From an uncultured Chloroflexia bacterium (GTDB lineage: Bacteria; Chloroflexota; Limnocylindria; Limnocylindrales; CSP1-4), in the NCBI GenBank assembly GCA_963749705.1, contig CAVVNQ010000003.1, positions 160,001 to 224,000 on the forward strand: a DNA stretch of 64,000 nt, given 5' to 3'. The notes below the pieces were generated by a model. It saw only the letters and a list, made by a program, of their open reading frames with translations. It did no database searches and was not told the DNA's origin. The stretch's first letter is position 1; every line of letters begins with the position of its first letter. A program made the position numbers and the translations under genes. Of the stretch, positions 18,665 to 28,006 are shown piece after piece.

Positions 18665-20248
18665 ATGGACGGAACCACCCTGGCCGCCGCGCTGACCGGG
18701 ATCGCGGCCGCGGCCGTCATCCGGACGACGATGCTGCCCACGCTCGGCGCCTGGGATACCGGCGAGGCCCAGGTCGTGCTGCCGACGCTGGGCACGATGC
18801 ATCCGACCGGGTTTCCGGCGTTCGTCGTGCTGGGCTGGCTGTTCTCGATCGTGTTCCGGCCGCTGGGAAGCCCCGCATTCCTCATGAACCTGATGTCGGT
18901 CGTGCTCGTCGGGGCGGCCACCGGCGGCATCGTCCTGGTGGGCCGTCGCCTGGGCGCGCCGCTGGCGATCGCGGTCGCGGTCGGGATCGGATTTGCCCTG
19001 ACGCCCCTGGTGTGGGCCATCGGGACCGCGGTCGACGTGCACGCGCTGCACCTGGCGCTGCTGGTCGCCGTGGTGCTCGGGCTGCTCCGCTGGGCGGCCC
19101 TGGTGGATCGATGGCGAGCGAGCGGGGACGACGCCCGGCTCGGGCGGCGGGCGGATCGCACGATCGTGGTCACCGCGGCGGTGTTCGGCCTCGCGCTCGC
19201 GAATCATGGCCTCGCAGTGCTGCTCATCCCGCCAGTCGGCCTGTACGTCCTCGCCGTCGAGCCACAGGTGCTCCGACGCCCCCGGCTCATCGTCGCGGCC
19301 CTGGGGGCATGCCTGGGCGTCGCTGCGCTGCTCTACCTCGAGCTCCCGCTCCGGGCCGGCATCTTCCGGGCGCCGCTCGTCTACGGCCACCCCGAGACCT
19401 GGAACGGCTTCTGGGAGATCATCATGGCCCGGCAGTTCCAGGCGGACGTCGTCGGCCCGCTGGCCGATCCGCTGGGCAAGGGGAAGGCCCTGCTGGACCT
19501 CGCGTCCGCCCAGTTCGGCCCGCTGCTCGCGCTGATCCCGCTGGGAATCCTGGCAACCGTGATCCGGCGGCCGCGATACGCGCTGCTGTCGGTCACGGCC
19601 ACGGCGATCACCTGCTTCTTCGCCGCCTCCTACGTCAATGCCCGGATCGACCGCTACTACCTGGGGCCGGTGTTCTTCTCCTGGACGTGGCTCGGGATCC
19701 TGGCCGATACGGCCGTGCGGCGCGTGCTCCGGGTCCGCGGCACGGACCGGGTGACGGGACCCGAGCCGGGCGGCGAGGATCTGCCGCCGCTGCCGCTCCC
19801 GGGTCGGCCACGGGCGAGCACGCTGGTCGCCATCGCCGTGGGGATCGCCCTGCTGGTGCCGACGATGGCCGGCCTCTCCACCCGCTGGCACACCCTGGAC
19901 CGGTCGCGCGAGACGTGGGTCGATACGTGGCTGAACCAGGCGTTCGCCGCCCTGGAGCCGAACGCGGTGGTGGTCTCGTGGTGGTCGTACTCGACGCCCC
20001 TGTGGTACGGCCAGCTGGTCGAGGGCCGCCGGCCGGACGTGTGGGTGGTCGATGATCGGACGCGCCTCGACCTGTACCTGGGTGAGGTCGATGACGTGAT
20101 CGACGCCAACCTCGGCCGGCGGCCGGTGTACGTCATGCGCGTGACAGAATCGGACGTGCAGGATCTCGCCAAGCGCTACGCGATCGAGCCCGTCGGTCGC
20201 CCGGGCAACCTGTATCGAGTGACGGGCCGGCAGGAGACCAGCCCGTGA
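18665..20248 (+). CDS. DUF2723 / TMEM260-like GT-C protein (putative protein O-mannosyltransferase)
   Basis: WDTGE..LGTMHPTGFP, VDVHALH, GLALANH and YLELPLRA. Confidence 0.75.
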   Translation: MDGTTLAAALTGIAAAAVIRTTMLPTLGAWDTGEAQVVLPTLGTMHPTGFPAFVVLGWLFSIVFRPLGSPAFLMNLMSVVLVGAATGGIVLVGRRLGAPLAIAVAVGIGFALTPLVWAIGTAVDVHALHLALLVAVVLGLLRWAALVDRWRASGDDARLGRRADRTIVVTAAVFGLALANHGLAVLLIPPVGLYVLAVEPQVLRRPRLIVAALGACLGVAALLYLELPLRAGIFRAPLVYGHPETWNGFWEIIMARQFQADVVGPLADPLGKGKALLDLASAQFGPLLALIPLGILATVIRRPRYALLSVTATAITCFFAASYVNARIDRYYLGPVFFSWTWLGILADTAVRRVLRVRGTDRVTGPEPGGEDLPPLPLPGRPRASTLVAIAVGIALLVPTMAGLSTRWHTLDRSRETWVDTWLNQAFAALEPNAVVVSWWSYSTPLWYGQLVEGRRPDVWVVDDRTRLDLYLGEVDDVIDANLGRRPVYVMRVTESDVQDLAKRYAIEPVGRPGNLYRVTGRQETSP

Positions 20249-21036
20249 CGACGACCAGCGAAGGGACCCCGGCGGCGGCCCCGCACCGGGTGCCCCGCCT
20301 GTCCTACTTCTTCCCGGCCCACAACGAGGAGGCCAACCTCGAGGGGCTGGTCGAGGAGGCGCTCGAGGCGCTGCCGTCGCTCGCCGACGTGTTCGAGATC
20401 ATCGCCGTCGACGACGGGTCGCGAGACGGGACCGGCGAGATCGCGGATCGCCTGGCGGCCGCCCACCCGGACGTCGTGCGCGTCGTCCACCATCCCGTGA
20501 ACCGCGGGTATGGCGGCGCGGTCCGGTCGGGGTTCGAGGCGGCGCGCTACGAGCTGCTCGCGTTCACCGACGGTGATCGCCAGTTCCGGGTCGCCGACCT
20601 GGGGCTGCTCACGTCGCGCCTGACCGAGCCGGACGCGCCCGATGTCGTGGTCGGCTACCGCATCCGGCGGGCGGATCCGCTGATCCGGATCATCTACGCC
20701 CGCAGCTACAAGCTGGCAAACCGGATCTTCTTCGGCCTCCGGGTCCGCGACGTGGACTGCGCCGCCAAGCTGTTCCGGCGAGCGGCGCTCGAGGGGGTCC
20801 GGGTCGAATCCGGCGGCGCCTTCTTCTCGGCCGAGCTGCTGATCAAGGTCATCCTCGAGCGGCGCTCGATCGTCGAGGTCGGCGTCCCGCACTACCCGCG
20901 CACCGCCGGCTCCCCGACGGGCGCCCGACCGTCCGTCATCTGGCGCGCGGTCAAGGACTTCTGGAGCCTGCGGCTGCGGCTGTGGGCGAACCGGGAGCGG
21001 GCGCTGCGCCGGGGCCGCCCGATCCTGGGCGACTGA
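20245..21036 (+). CDS. GT2 polyprenol-phosphate glycosyltransferase (Ppm1/DPM1-like)
   Basis: FPAHNEE, VDDGSRDGT, NRGYGGA, FTDGDRQF and DVDCAAKL. Confidence 0.85.
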   Translation: MTTTSEGTPAAAPHRVPRLSYFFPAHNEEANLEGLVEEALEALPSLADVFEIIAVDDGSRDGTGEIADRLAAAHPDVVRVVHHPVNRGYGGAVRSGFEAARYELLAFTDGDRQFRVADLGLLTSRLTEPDAPDVVVGYRIRRADPLIRIIYARSYKLANRIFFGLRVRDVDCAAKLFRRAALEGVRVESGGAFFSAELLIKVILERRSIVEVGVPHYPRTAGSPTGARPSVIWRAVKDFWSLRLRLWANRERALRRGRPILGD

Positions 21037-21105
21037 CCCACCGGACCGCCTGGGGCCCGCGCCAGGCCCGCGCCGCGCCGGCTGGACGAACCGCCGGGTC
21101 TCGTG

Positions 21106-21702
21106 TCAGCTGGACGGGCCGGCGCCCCCTCGCTGGTCGCCCTCGGCGTCGAGCGAGTTCACGAACTCGCGGAAGATGTCCAGCCTGGTGGGATCGATCT
21201 TCTCGCCCGTGGCCTCGAGCGCGGCTCCCGCACGTCCCGCCCCACTCGCTTCGCCCCCCTCGTCGTCCGCATCCTGCGCCGAGTCCGCCCCGAGCGAGGC
21301 CTGGTCCAGCACGGCCGCGGCGGCGTAGATCGGCACGCCCATCCGGACGGCGAGCGCGATCGCATCCGAGGGACGCGCATCGATCTCGTGGCGGGCGTCG
21401 GGCTGGACGAGCACCAGCCGGGCGTGGAACGTCTCGTCCGCGAGCGAGGTGATCAGGACCCGGTCCAGGCGAACGCCGAGCTCGCCCAGAACGCCGGCGA
21501 ACAGGTCATGCGTGAGCGGACGCTCGGGCGTCAGGCCCTGCAGGCGCATCGCGATCGCGCTTGCCTCCCAGGGCCCGATCCAGATCGGCAGGTAGCGTTC
21601 GTGGGCGGCATCCTTGAGGATCACGACGTGGCGGCTCGAGAGCATGTGCACGCGCACGCTCTCGACGACCATCTCGATGTTGTCGGCGGGGTCGTCGGCC
21701 AT
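21106..21702 (-). CDS. Bifunctional nuclease family protein (DUF151)
   Basis: LPIWIG..EA.AI, RPLTHDL and DARPSDAIALA. Confidence 0.93.
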   Translation of the reverse strand: MADDPADNIEMVVESVRVHMLSSRHVVILKDAAHERYLPIWIGPWEASAIAMRLQGLTPERPLTHDLFAGVLGELGVRLDRVLITSLADETFHARLVLVQPDARHEIDARPSDAIALAVRMGVPIYAAAAVLDQASLGADSAQDADDEGGEASGAGRAGAALEATGEKIDPTRLDIFREFVNSLDAEGDQRGGAGPSS

Positions 21703-21753
21703 GCACCGATTATCCCACGACGGCGGGCGAGCCCGGCTGCGGCGTCCCCGGGG

Positions 21754-22455
21754 TCACCAGGCGCGTCGTGGGCCGCGCAGGCGGAGGGGCAGCGCCAGCA
21801 CGGCGCCCACGACGAATCCCCCGATGTGGGCGAACACGGCGACGCCGCCGCCGGTCCCGGTGGTGGCGCCGAGGGACCCGATGCCGTCGACGACCTGGAG
21901 CACGAACCAGAACCCGAGGACGATCACCGCCGGCACCGCGATCAGCTGGTAGAAGAAGCCCAGGAACACCAGCGACTGGACCCGGGCGCGCGGGTACAGG
22001 ACGAGGTAGGCGCCCAGCGCGGCCGAGATCGCGCCAGATGCGCCGATCATGGGCACCTCGGACGACGGGTCGATCAGGGTCTGGGCGGCCACGGCGGCGA
22101 CGCCGCCGAACAGGTAGAACACCAGGAACGCCGGGCGGCCCATCCGGTCCTCGACGTTGTTGCCGAAGATCCACAGGTACAGCAGGTTGCCCAGGAGATG
22201 GAGCCAGCCGGCGTGGAGGAACATGCTGGTGAACACGTCGAGCACGGGCCCGGAGATGAGGTCCCCGCGACCCAGCGCGGCCGCCAGCTCGGCGGGCACC
22301 ACGCCGTGATCGTCGACGAACCTCGCCAGGGCGTCGTCGCCGCCCTGGGCGAGCACGCCCAGCTCCCACGCGAACGCGATCGCGCAGGCGGCGACGATCG
22401 CGATCGTCACGACCGGCAACCGCCGCGTCGGGTTCGCGTCGCGGAGCGGGATCAC
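21754..22455 (-). CDS. Rhomboid intramembrane serine protease
   Basis: IPLRDANP, FLHAGWLHLLGN, GASGAI and AHIGGF. Confidence 0.93.
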   Translation of the reverse strand: MIPLRDANPTRRLPVVTIAIVAACAIAFAWELGVLAQGGDDALARFVDDHGVVPAELAAALGRGDLISGPVLDVFTSMFLHAGWLHLLGNLLYLWIFGNNVEDRMGRPAFLVFYLFGGVAAVAAQTLIDPSSEVPMIGASGAISAALGAYLVLYPRARVQSLVFLGFFYQLIAVPAVIVLGFWFVLQVVDGIGSLGATTGTGGGVAVFAHIGGFVVGAVLALPLRLRGPRRAW

Positions 22456-22471
22456 CGGCCGGCGGCCCCGC

Positions 22472-24751
22472 TCACGGCTTGGCGGTGGCCTTGGTCGTCC
22501 CGTCCGGGGAGGGCGCCGAGGAGTCTCCCGCGGACGACGCCGGCGACGGTGTCGCGATGGCCGTCGCGTCCTCGAGGGTGGTGGTATGGAGGCCGGTGGA
22601 CGAGATCCACCACATCGTCGGAGGCGTGGTCGGGTCGGAGCCGGGCAGCACGACCATCCCGAGCAGGTCCGACCAGGGCTCCTCGCCGTCCGCGGGCCGG
22701 TACTGTGCGATGTACGAGCCATTCGCCTTGCTGAACGCGACGAGCCGATCGTTGATCGAGTCGAACGCGTAGAGCGCCCCGTCGCGACGGCTCGAGGAGC
22801 CGTCGGACTTGCTCGGCGAGGACAGCCAGACGTAGCGAGAGGTCGGGCGCAGGAGCGTGTCGTCCGGGGGCTTCGCCTCCCAGCCGGTCGCCGGGATGAC
22901 CCTCGCGACACCGCCGTCCTCGGCCACGAAGATGTCCCCGTCGATCAGCAGGTCGGTGATCCCGTCGACGGGGCGATCGGTGGGCAGCCGGCCCGTCGGC
23001 GGCACCGGGTAGCCGGATCCATCGTTGGCGGGCGACAGGACCATGATGTTCTGCTCGGATGGATCGACGATGTAGAGCTTGTAGAAGCCGGCGTCGAAGT
23101 TGGAAACGAACGTCGCGATCGCGCGGATGTCGTTGCCCCACGACGCGGAGTCGACGACCGGGATCTTGCGCAGCGTCCCCTTTCCCGAGCTGTTGGTCGG
23201 GCGCCACCGCCAGAGCACGTTCTTGGAGTCGAGGATCAGGACGTCGAGCCCGCCCACGGCCAGGAAGGCGGGGTCCGCCACGGTCACGCCCGACACCTTC
23301 TGCCCGGCGCGGGCGACCGCGGTTGCGGTCTTCTTCGCGAGATCGATCCGCCACACCGTCTTGGCGGCGGTGTCGAGCACGTACGGCGCCCCGTCGGATC
23401 CGCGCACGATGGAGCTCAGCGAAACCGGCCCCTTGTCCGTGGGAAACGTGAACAGGGTGGTCGACCGCACGGGAACGACGCCATACAGCTTGTCCAGCCC
23501 GGCGATCGTCCGGGCGCGCAGCGGGCCGATCTCCGAGGTGGGGTATCCCGCGTTGGCCGCCTTGGACAGCTCCGAGTAGCTCGTCTTGAGCAGGTCGAGC
23601 GCCCGGTGTGGGTCGTCGGCGATCAGGTCGATCCCCGGTCCGCTGACCTGGTCGAGCGCGGTCCGGGCCGCCTCGAACGCCTGCTGGGCGACGGTGATCG
23701 ACTTGACGGCGTCCGCGGGCTGCTTCTGGCCCCCGAAGGCGTACACGGCGAGCCCGAGGGTTGCGGCGAGCCCGACGAACGCGAGCAGCGCGACCGCCGC
23801 GCGCCGCTGGGTCTCCATCCGGCTTGCGGCCGCCGTGACGCGCGTCACCGGCGGCCGGCGGCGGGGCAGCAGGTCCTGGAACCGCCACACGGCGCGCTGG
23901 AAGCTGGTTCCGGCCGCGCTCCTGGCCTTGGTCGCGCCGGCACCGATCGCGGCGGCGCCGGCGGTCACCGAATCCGCGAGCGGGATCGGCGACCGGTCCG
24001 GGACCCCCGCCAGCGGCTCGGCCGGACGGACGGGCACCAGCGTCCGTGACTTGTAGGTCGCGCCAACCTCGGTGGCCTCGAACGCGAGGGCGCCGTCACT
24101 GCCCCGACCCTCGGCCGCCACGAACCGTGCGTGCAGGTGCTCGACGGCCGACTGCGGATGCAGCGTGACCAGCGCGTCCTTGAGGGGGTCGGTCCCGATC
24201 CGGCCGACGACGTTCGCCGACACCAGGCACAGCGAGTCGCCCACCGACAGCTCGCCCCGCCACACGTCGGGCTCGACATCCTCGGCCGGGAGCCCCCGGT
24301 CCCGATACGGGTCGGGCAGCGTGGACAGCCGCGCCTGGCGGATCAGGTACGCCTCCGCCGGACCCACCGTCGCGACGTACAGCTCCCGGCCGCGCACCAC
24401 CGCGACCGCCACCCCGACCGGGCCGGCCCCGTCGGCCTGGTGCCCGAGGCCGAGGCGGTCCCGCTGGTGTCCGAGGCGCTTGTTGGCCACGCCGAGCGCC
24501 TTCGTGAGGCACTGGCGGATCCCGGCCGACTCGTCGTAGTAGTACTCGTTGCGGATCGTGTCCGCGATGATCCGGGTCGCCTCGCGGGCCCGGCTCGTGG
24601 ACAGGCGGCAGGTCACCAGCAGGTACAGGTTGCCCTTGGTTCGCGAGATCGAGCCGATCGACGGCTCAACGACGACGACCGTGTCCGGCGAATCGGGCAG
24701 CCGGTCCTGCTCCGTGACGGCGCCGAGCTTCAGCTGGAGACGGACGGCCAA
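22472..24751 (-). CDS. Membrane protein with a degenerate PP2C-like cytoplasmic domain, one TM and an extracellular beta-propeller-like domain
   Basis: PP2C-like topology (GNLYLLV, YVATVGPAEAYLIR, GDSLCLVS), a TM segment, then YVLD/LILD/LYIVD/LYAFD repeats. Start is TTG 24751 or ATG 24784. Confidence 0.55.
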   Translation of the reverse strand: MAVRLQLKLGAVTEQDRLPDSPDTVVVVEPSIGSISRTKGNLYLLVTCRLSTSRAREATRIIADTIRNEYYYDESAGIRQCLTKALGVANKRLGHQRDRLGLGHQADGAGPVGVAVAVVRGRELYVATVGPAEAYLIRQARLSTLPDPYRDRGLPAEDVEPDVWRGELSVGDSLCLVSANVVGRIGTDPLKDALVTLHPQSAVEHLHARFVAAEGRGSDGALAFEATEVGATYKSRTLVPVRPAEPLAGVPDRSPIPLADSVTAGAAAIGAGATKARSAAGTSFQRAVWRFQDLLPRRRPPVTRVTAAASRMETQRRAAVALLAFVGLAATLGLAVYAFGGQKQPADAVKSITVAQQAFEAARTALDQVSGPGIDLIADDPHRALDLLKTSYSELSKAANAGYPTSEIGPLRARTIAGLDKLYGVVPVRSTTLFTFPTDKGPVSLSSIVRGSDGAPYVLDTAAKTVWRIDLAKKTATAVARAGQKVSGVTVADPAFLAVGGLDVLILDSKNVLWRWRPTNSSGKGTLRKIPVVDSASWGNDIRAIATFVSNFDAGFYKLYIVDPSEQNIMVLSPANDGSGYPVPPTGRLPTDRPVDGITDLLIDGDIFVAEDGGVARVIPATGWEAKPPDDTLLRPTSRYVWLSSPSKSDGSSSRRDGALYAFDSINDRLVAFSKANGSYIAQYRPADGEEPWSDLLGMVVLPGSDPTTPPTMWWISSTGLHTTTLEDATAIATPSPASSAGDSSAPSPDGTTKATAKP

Positions 24752-24830
24752 GAGCAACCCCTCGTTGGGTGTGATGGTGCGCATCGCGGCGCTCGCGTGG
24801 CACGACCGGAGCGCCGGCGGGGGAGTCGGA

Positions 24831-25208
24831 TTATACGCGGCTGCCCGGGCCCGCCTCCGAGCCGCCTTCCCGGGCTCCGATGAGGCGCAGCCGGCGCGTC
24901 CGATGCCCGCCCGGAGCCTCGGCGAACGCGGCCAGCAGCTCGAGGGCACGCATGCGGAGCTCGGCCGCGACGATGGGCTCGTCGACCGCGACGACGACCG
25001 CATCCGCCTCCAGGCGGACCAGCCGGCAGGCGCCGACCGCCGGCGGGACCCGCTCGGCGATCAGGGCGTCCCAGGTCGTGATCGCGCGTGCGAGCCGGAG
25101 CTCGTCGCCCAGCCCGAGCCGGCGGGCGGCCTCGGGCAGGAGGTCGCCCAGGCGCTCGGGTCGTCGCCGCCGGACGGCGTCACGGTCCTCCGGGTCGCGG
25201 TCGCTCAT
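24831..25208 (-). CDS. DUF721 / DciA-family protein
   Basis: RLGDLL and W..LIAE..AELRM; canonical position after recF. Confidence 0.7.
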   Translation of the reverse strand: MSDRDPEDRDAVRRRRPERLGDLLPEAARRLGLGDELRLARAITTWDALIAERVPPAVGACRLVRLEADAVVVAVDEPIVAAELRMRALELLAAFAEAPGGHRTRRLRLIGAREGGSEAGPGSRV

Positions 25209-26377
25209 CCGCCTCGCTCCAGCCGGGCCGGGCCGCCACCGGGGGCCGCGACCTCCCACGCGACGCCGACGGAGCGGAGCGCCGGATCGAGGTCGTCGAG
25301 CGTCGTCGTCGTGACGAACGCCTGGGGCAGCGCCGAGATGCGGCGGACGAGATGGGCGCGCCGGTCCGGGTCAAGCTCCGAGAACACGTCGTCGAGCAGG
25401 AGCAGCGGCGGGTGCCCGTCGAGCGCGGTCAGCAGGTCCACCTCGGCCAGCTTGAAGGCAAGGATCGCCGTCCGCTGCTGGCCGCGCGAAGCGAACGAGA
25501 TCAGCGGGCGGCCGTCGAGCTCGAACACGGCGTCGTCGCGATGCGGCCCCACCAGCGTGGACCCGTTCCAGATCTCCTTGTCGGCCGTCTCGGCCAGCCG
25601 GCGGGCGAGCGCATCACGTGGTGACTCACCGGGCTGTTGCGGGGCATTGCCGGCGTACCGCAGCGTCAGTCGCCCGGCCGCCGCCTCGTCGGGCGCGATC
25701 TCGGCGTGCGCCGCCGCGAGCGGACCCTCCAGCGCCTCGAACAACCGGAGGCGCTCGTCGAGCACCGCGCCGCCGGCGTCGATCAGCGACGCATCCCAGA
25801 ACCGCAGCTCGCCTCGTGTCGCCTGGTCCTCGCGAATCAGGCGCAGCAGGCCGTTCCGCTGCTGGAGCGCCCGGCCGTAGGTCGACAGGTCGCGGGCGTA
25901 GGCCTGGGACCGCTGGCCGGCGAGACGGTCGATCGCGTCCCGGCGCAGCGACGGGGAGCCGGCGATGAGCTGCATCTCCTCCGGCGCGAACATGACGGCT
26001 CGCAGCACGCCCACGAGCGCGGCGGCGCGACGGGGGACGCCGTTGACGCGGATTCGCTTGCGGGCTCCACCGCTCGCGGTGCGCACCAGGGCGACCTCCA
26101 GGAGCGCTCCGTCGTCGGGCCCGCCACCGGCCGGCGTCACCTGCGCCTCGATCCGGGCGAGCTCCTGGTTCCACCGCACGAGCTCGCCGTCGGCCGTCGT
26201 CCGGTGCGATCGGCCCCAGGCGACCAGAACGATCGCCTCGAGCAGGCTCGTCTTGCCTGCGGCATTCGGTCCCCAGACCAGCTGCGGCCCCTCGCCGAAG
26301 GCGACATCGAGCGACGCGTAGCCGCGCAGATCCCGGATCGAGAGCCCCTGCAGGATCGGGGCGCGGGTATCCGTCAG
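25205..26377 (-). CDS. recF: DNA replication and repair protein RecF
   Basis: Manual translation upstream of the track ORF gives GPNAAGKTSLLEAI..GRSHR. Also GPHRDD, SRGQQR and LLLDDVFSELD. Inferred CTG start overlapping the dnaN stop. Confidence 0.93.
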   Translation of the reverse strand: MTDTRAPILQGLSIRDLRGYASLDVAFGEGPQLVWGPNAAGKTSLLEAIVLVAWGRSHRTTADGELVRWNQELARIEAQVTPAGGGPDDGALLEVALVRTASGGARKRIRVNGVPRRAAALVGVLRAVMFAPEEMQLIAGSPSLRRDAIDRLAGQRSQAYARDLSTYGRALQQRNGLLRLIREDQATRGELRFWDASLIDAGGAVLDERLRLFEALEGPLAAAHAEIAPDEAAAGRLTLRYAGNAPQQPGESPRDALARRLAETADKEIWNGSTLVGPHRDDAVFELDGRPLISFASRGQQRTAILAFKLAEVDLLTALDGHPPLLLLDDVFSELDPDRRAHLVRRISALPQAFVTTTTLDDLDPALRSVGVAWEVAAPGGGPARLERGG

Positions 26378-27492
26378 GAGGTGGTCCGAACCGGCATCAC
26401 GACGTGCACGTACGCGTCGTCACCCACCGGGCGGAACACGCCGGGCGACAGCGGTCCGTTGAGCTCGAGCGCGAACCGGTCCACCGGGACGTTGCTCAGG
26501 ACGTCGTTCAGGTAGCGGGCATTGAAGGCGATCGTGGTCGGATCACCCTCGACGGCCGCCTCGACGTCCCCCGTGTAGTCGCCGACCTCGGCGGTCGCGG
26601 TGACCACGATGCCCGCGCCGTCCTCGCCCCCGACGGACAGCTTGACGATGTTCGCGGAGGAGCTTGCGATCAGGGCGGCGGGGCGCACGGCACGCAGCAG
26701 CTCCTCGCGGTCGAACTCGGCCCGCGCGGCGTGTGTGGCCGGGAGCACCTGCTGGTAGTTCGGGAACTGGCCGTCGATGAGCCGCGACACCAGGTCGACG
26801 CCGTCGAGATGGAACAGGACCTGGTTTCGTGCCTGCGCGAGCACCAGCTCGACGGGATCGTCGGTGTCCGCAAGGACGCGGCCGAGCTCGCCCAGCGCCC
26901 GGCCGGGGATGACCACGGACGCCGCCTCGACGGGATCCAGGATGTCGATGGTGCGAACGGCGATCCGGTAGTTGTCGGCGGCGGCGAGCGTCAGCCGGCT
27001 GCCCTCGAACCTGGCCAGGACGCCGGTCAGGATCGGTCTGGCCTCGTCGCTCGCGGCCGCGAACACGGTCTCGTCGAGGGCGCGCTTGAGGACCTTCTGG
27101 GCAACCCTGGTGGTCGGCCGCTCGCCGGCCGTCTGGATCGTCGGGAACTCGTCGGCGTCGATCCCCTTGACGTGCGTGGCGAACCGGCCGCAGCGGAGGT
27201 GCAGGGTGTCCGCACCCTGGAGCTCGAGGTCGACGCGCTCGGAGCCCGGCAACGAGCTGACCAGGTCGGTGAGCAGCCGGGCGGGGACGGTCGTCGCGCC
27301 GTCCGTCTCGATCTTGCCGGGGACCCAGTAGGTGATCCCGATCTCGAGGTTCGTCGCGGTCAGCTTGAGGCCCGCATCCTCGGTTCGGAGGAGCACGTTG
27401 GCGAGCACGGGCAGGGTGCTTCGGCTGGAGACGGCTCGCGAGACCACCGACAGGCCGCGAGCGAGGTTCTCCTGCATGACCGAGAGTTTCAC
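26374..27492 (-). CDS. dnaN: DNA polymerase III beta sliding clamp
   Basis: TLPVLANVLL, ATNLE, RPILTGV, SRLIDGQFPNY and VMPVR. Confidence 0.97.
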   Translation of the reverse strand: MKLSVMQENLARGLSVVSRAVSSRSTLPVLANVLLRTEDAGLKLTATNLEIGITYWVPGKIETDGATTVPARLLTDLVSSLPGSERVDLELQGADTLHLRCGRFATHVKGIDADEFPTIQTAGERPTTRVAQKVLKRALDETVFAAASDEARPILTGVLARFEGSRLTLAAADNYRIAVRTIDILDPVEAASVVIPGRALGELGRVLADTDDPVELVLAQARNQVLFHLDGVDLVSRLIDGQFPNYQQVLPATHAARAEFDREELLRAVRPAALIASSSANIVKLSVGGEDGAGIVVTATAEVGDYTGDVEAAVEGDPTTIAFNARYLNDVLSNVPVDRFALELNGPLSPGVFRPVGDDAYVHVVMPVRTTS

Positions 27493-28006
27493 GTCGTGTC
27501 GTCTCCAAGCAGCTCGGGGCGGGGAATCAGCCAGGCCGCGGTCGTCGGTGTCCCGGTGCGACGACGATGCGTCCGCATCCGCGAGGTCGATCCTTTGGTG
27601 GAGTGGTCGTCCTTATCTTCTCATTCCGTCATCACCATCATCATGCCGTGGATCCGGTGGACGGGCGAGCACGTTCGTGCGGGACGGGCGCGTGGACGGC
27701 CGGCCGGTCACGGTGGACCGGCGGCCGGAAACGCGGGAGCGGCGCGGGTATCCGGCGTGGGTAACGCGGCGATCGCCGTCAGGTTATCCACGCGGGCCCG
27801 GCTGACGGGCGAGCGGTCCACCGCCGGATCCCCCATCGGGGCCTCGGTGCTCCACGGGTCACCGGTCTTGTCCACGGGTTGTCCGCAGCCCGAGCCCGCG
27901 GCCGGTCGCGCGCGGATGCACAGATCCCACGGCGGGATGACCCGGATGGATGGACAGCGAAGACGCAGGGAGCCCGCGGTGCCGGTCGCCGGGGCGGCTC
28001 GGCGAA
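27493..28006. other. Chromosomal replication origin (oriC)
   Basis: dnaA-dnaN intergenic region with DnaA-box-like 9-mers: TTATCCACG 27784-27792, TTGTCCACG 27868-27876, TTGTCCGCA 27879-27887, CGTGGGTAA 27756-27764. Relatively AT-rich trinucleotide tract at 27611-27644. Confidence 0.8.

Noticed and set aside
17089-19173. N-terminal 695 aa of the 2,499-aa track ORF
   Set aside because: It is the antisense shadow of the plus-strand GT-C genes. The real start is GTG 17088 with an AGGAGG SD.
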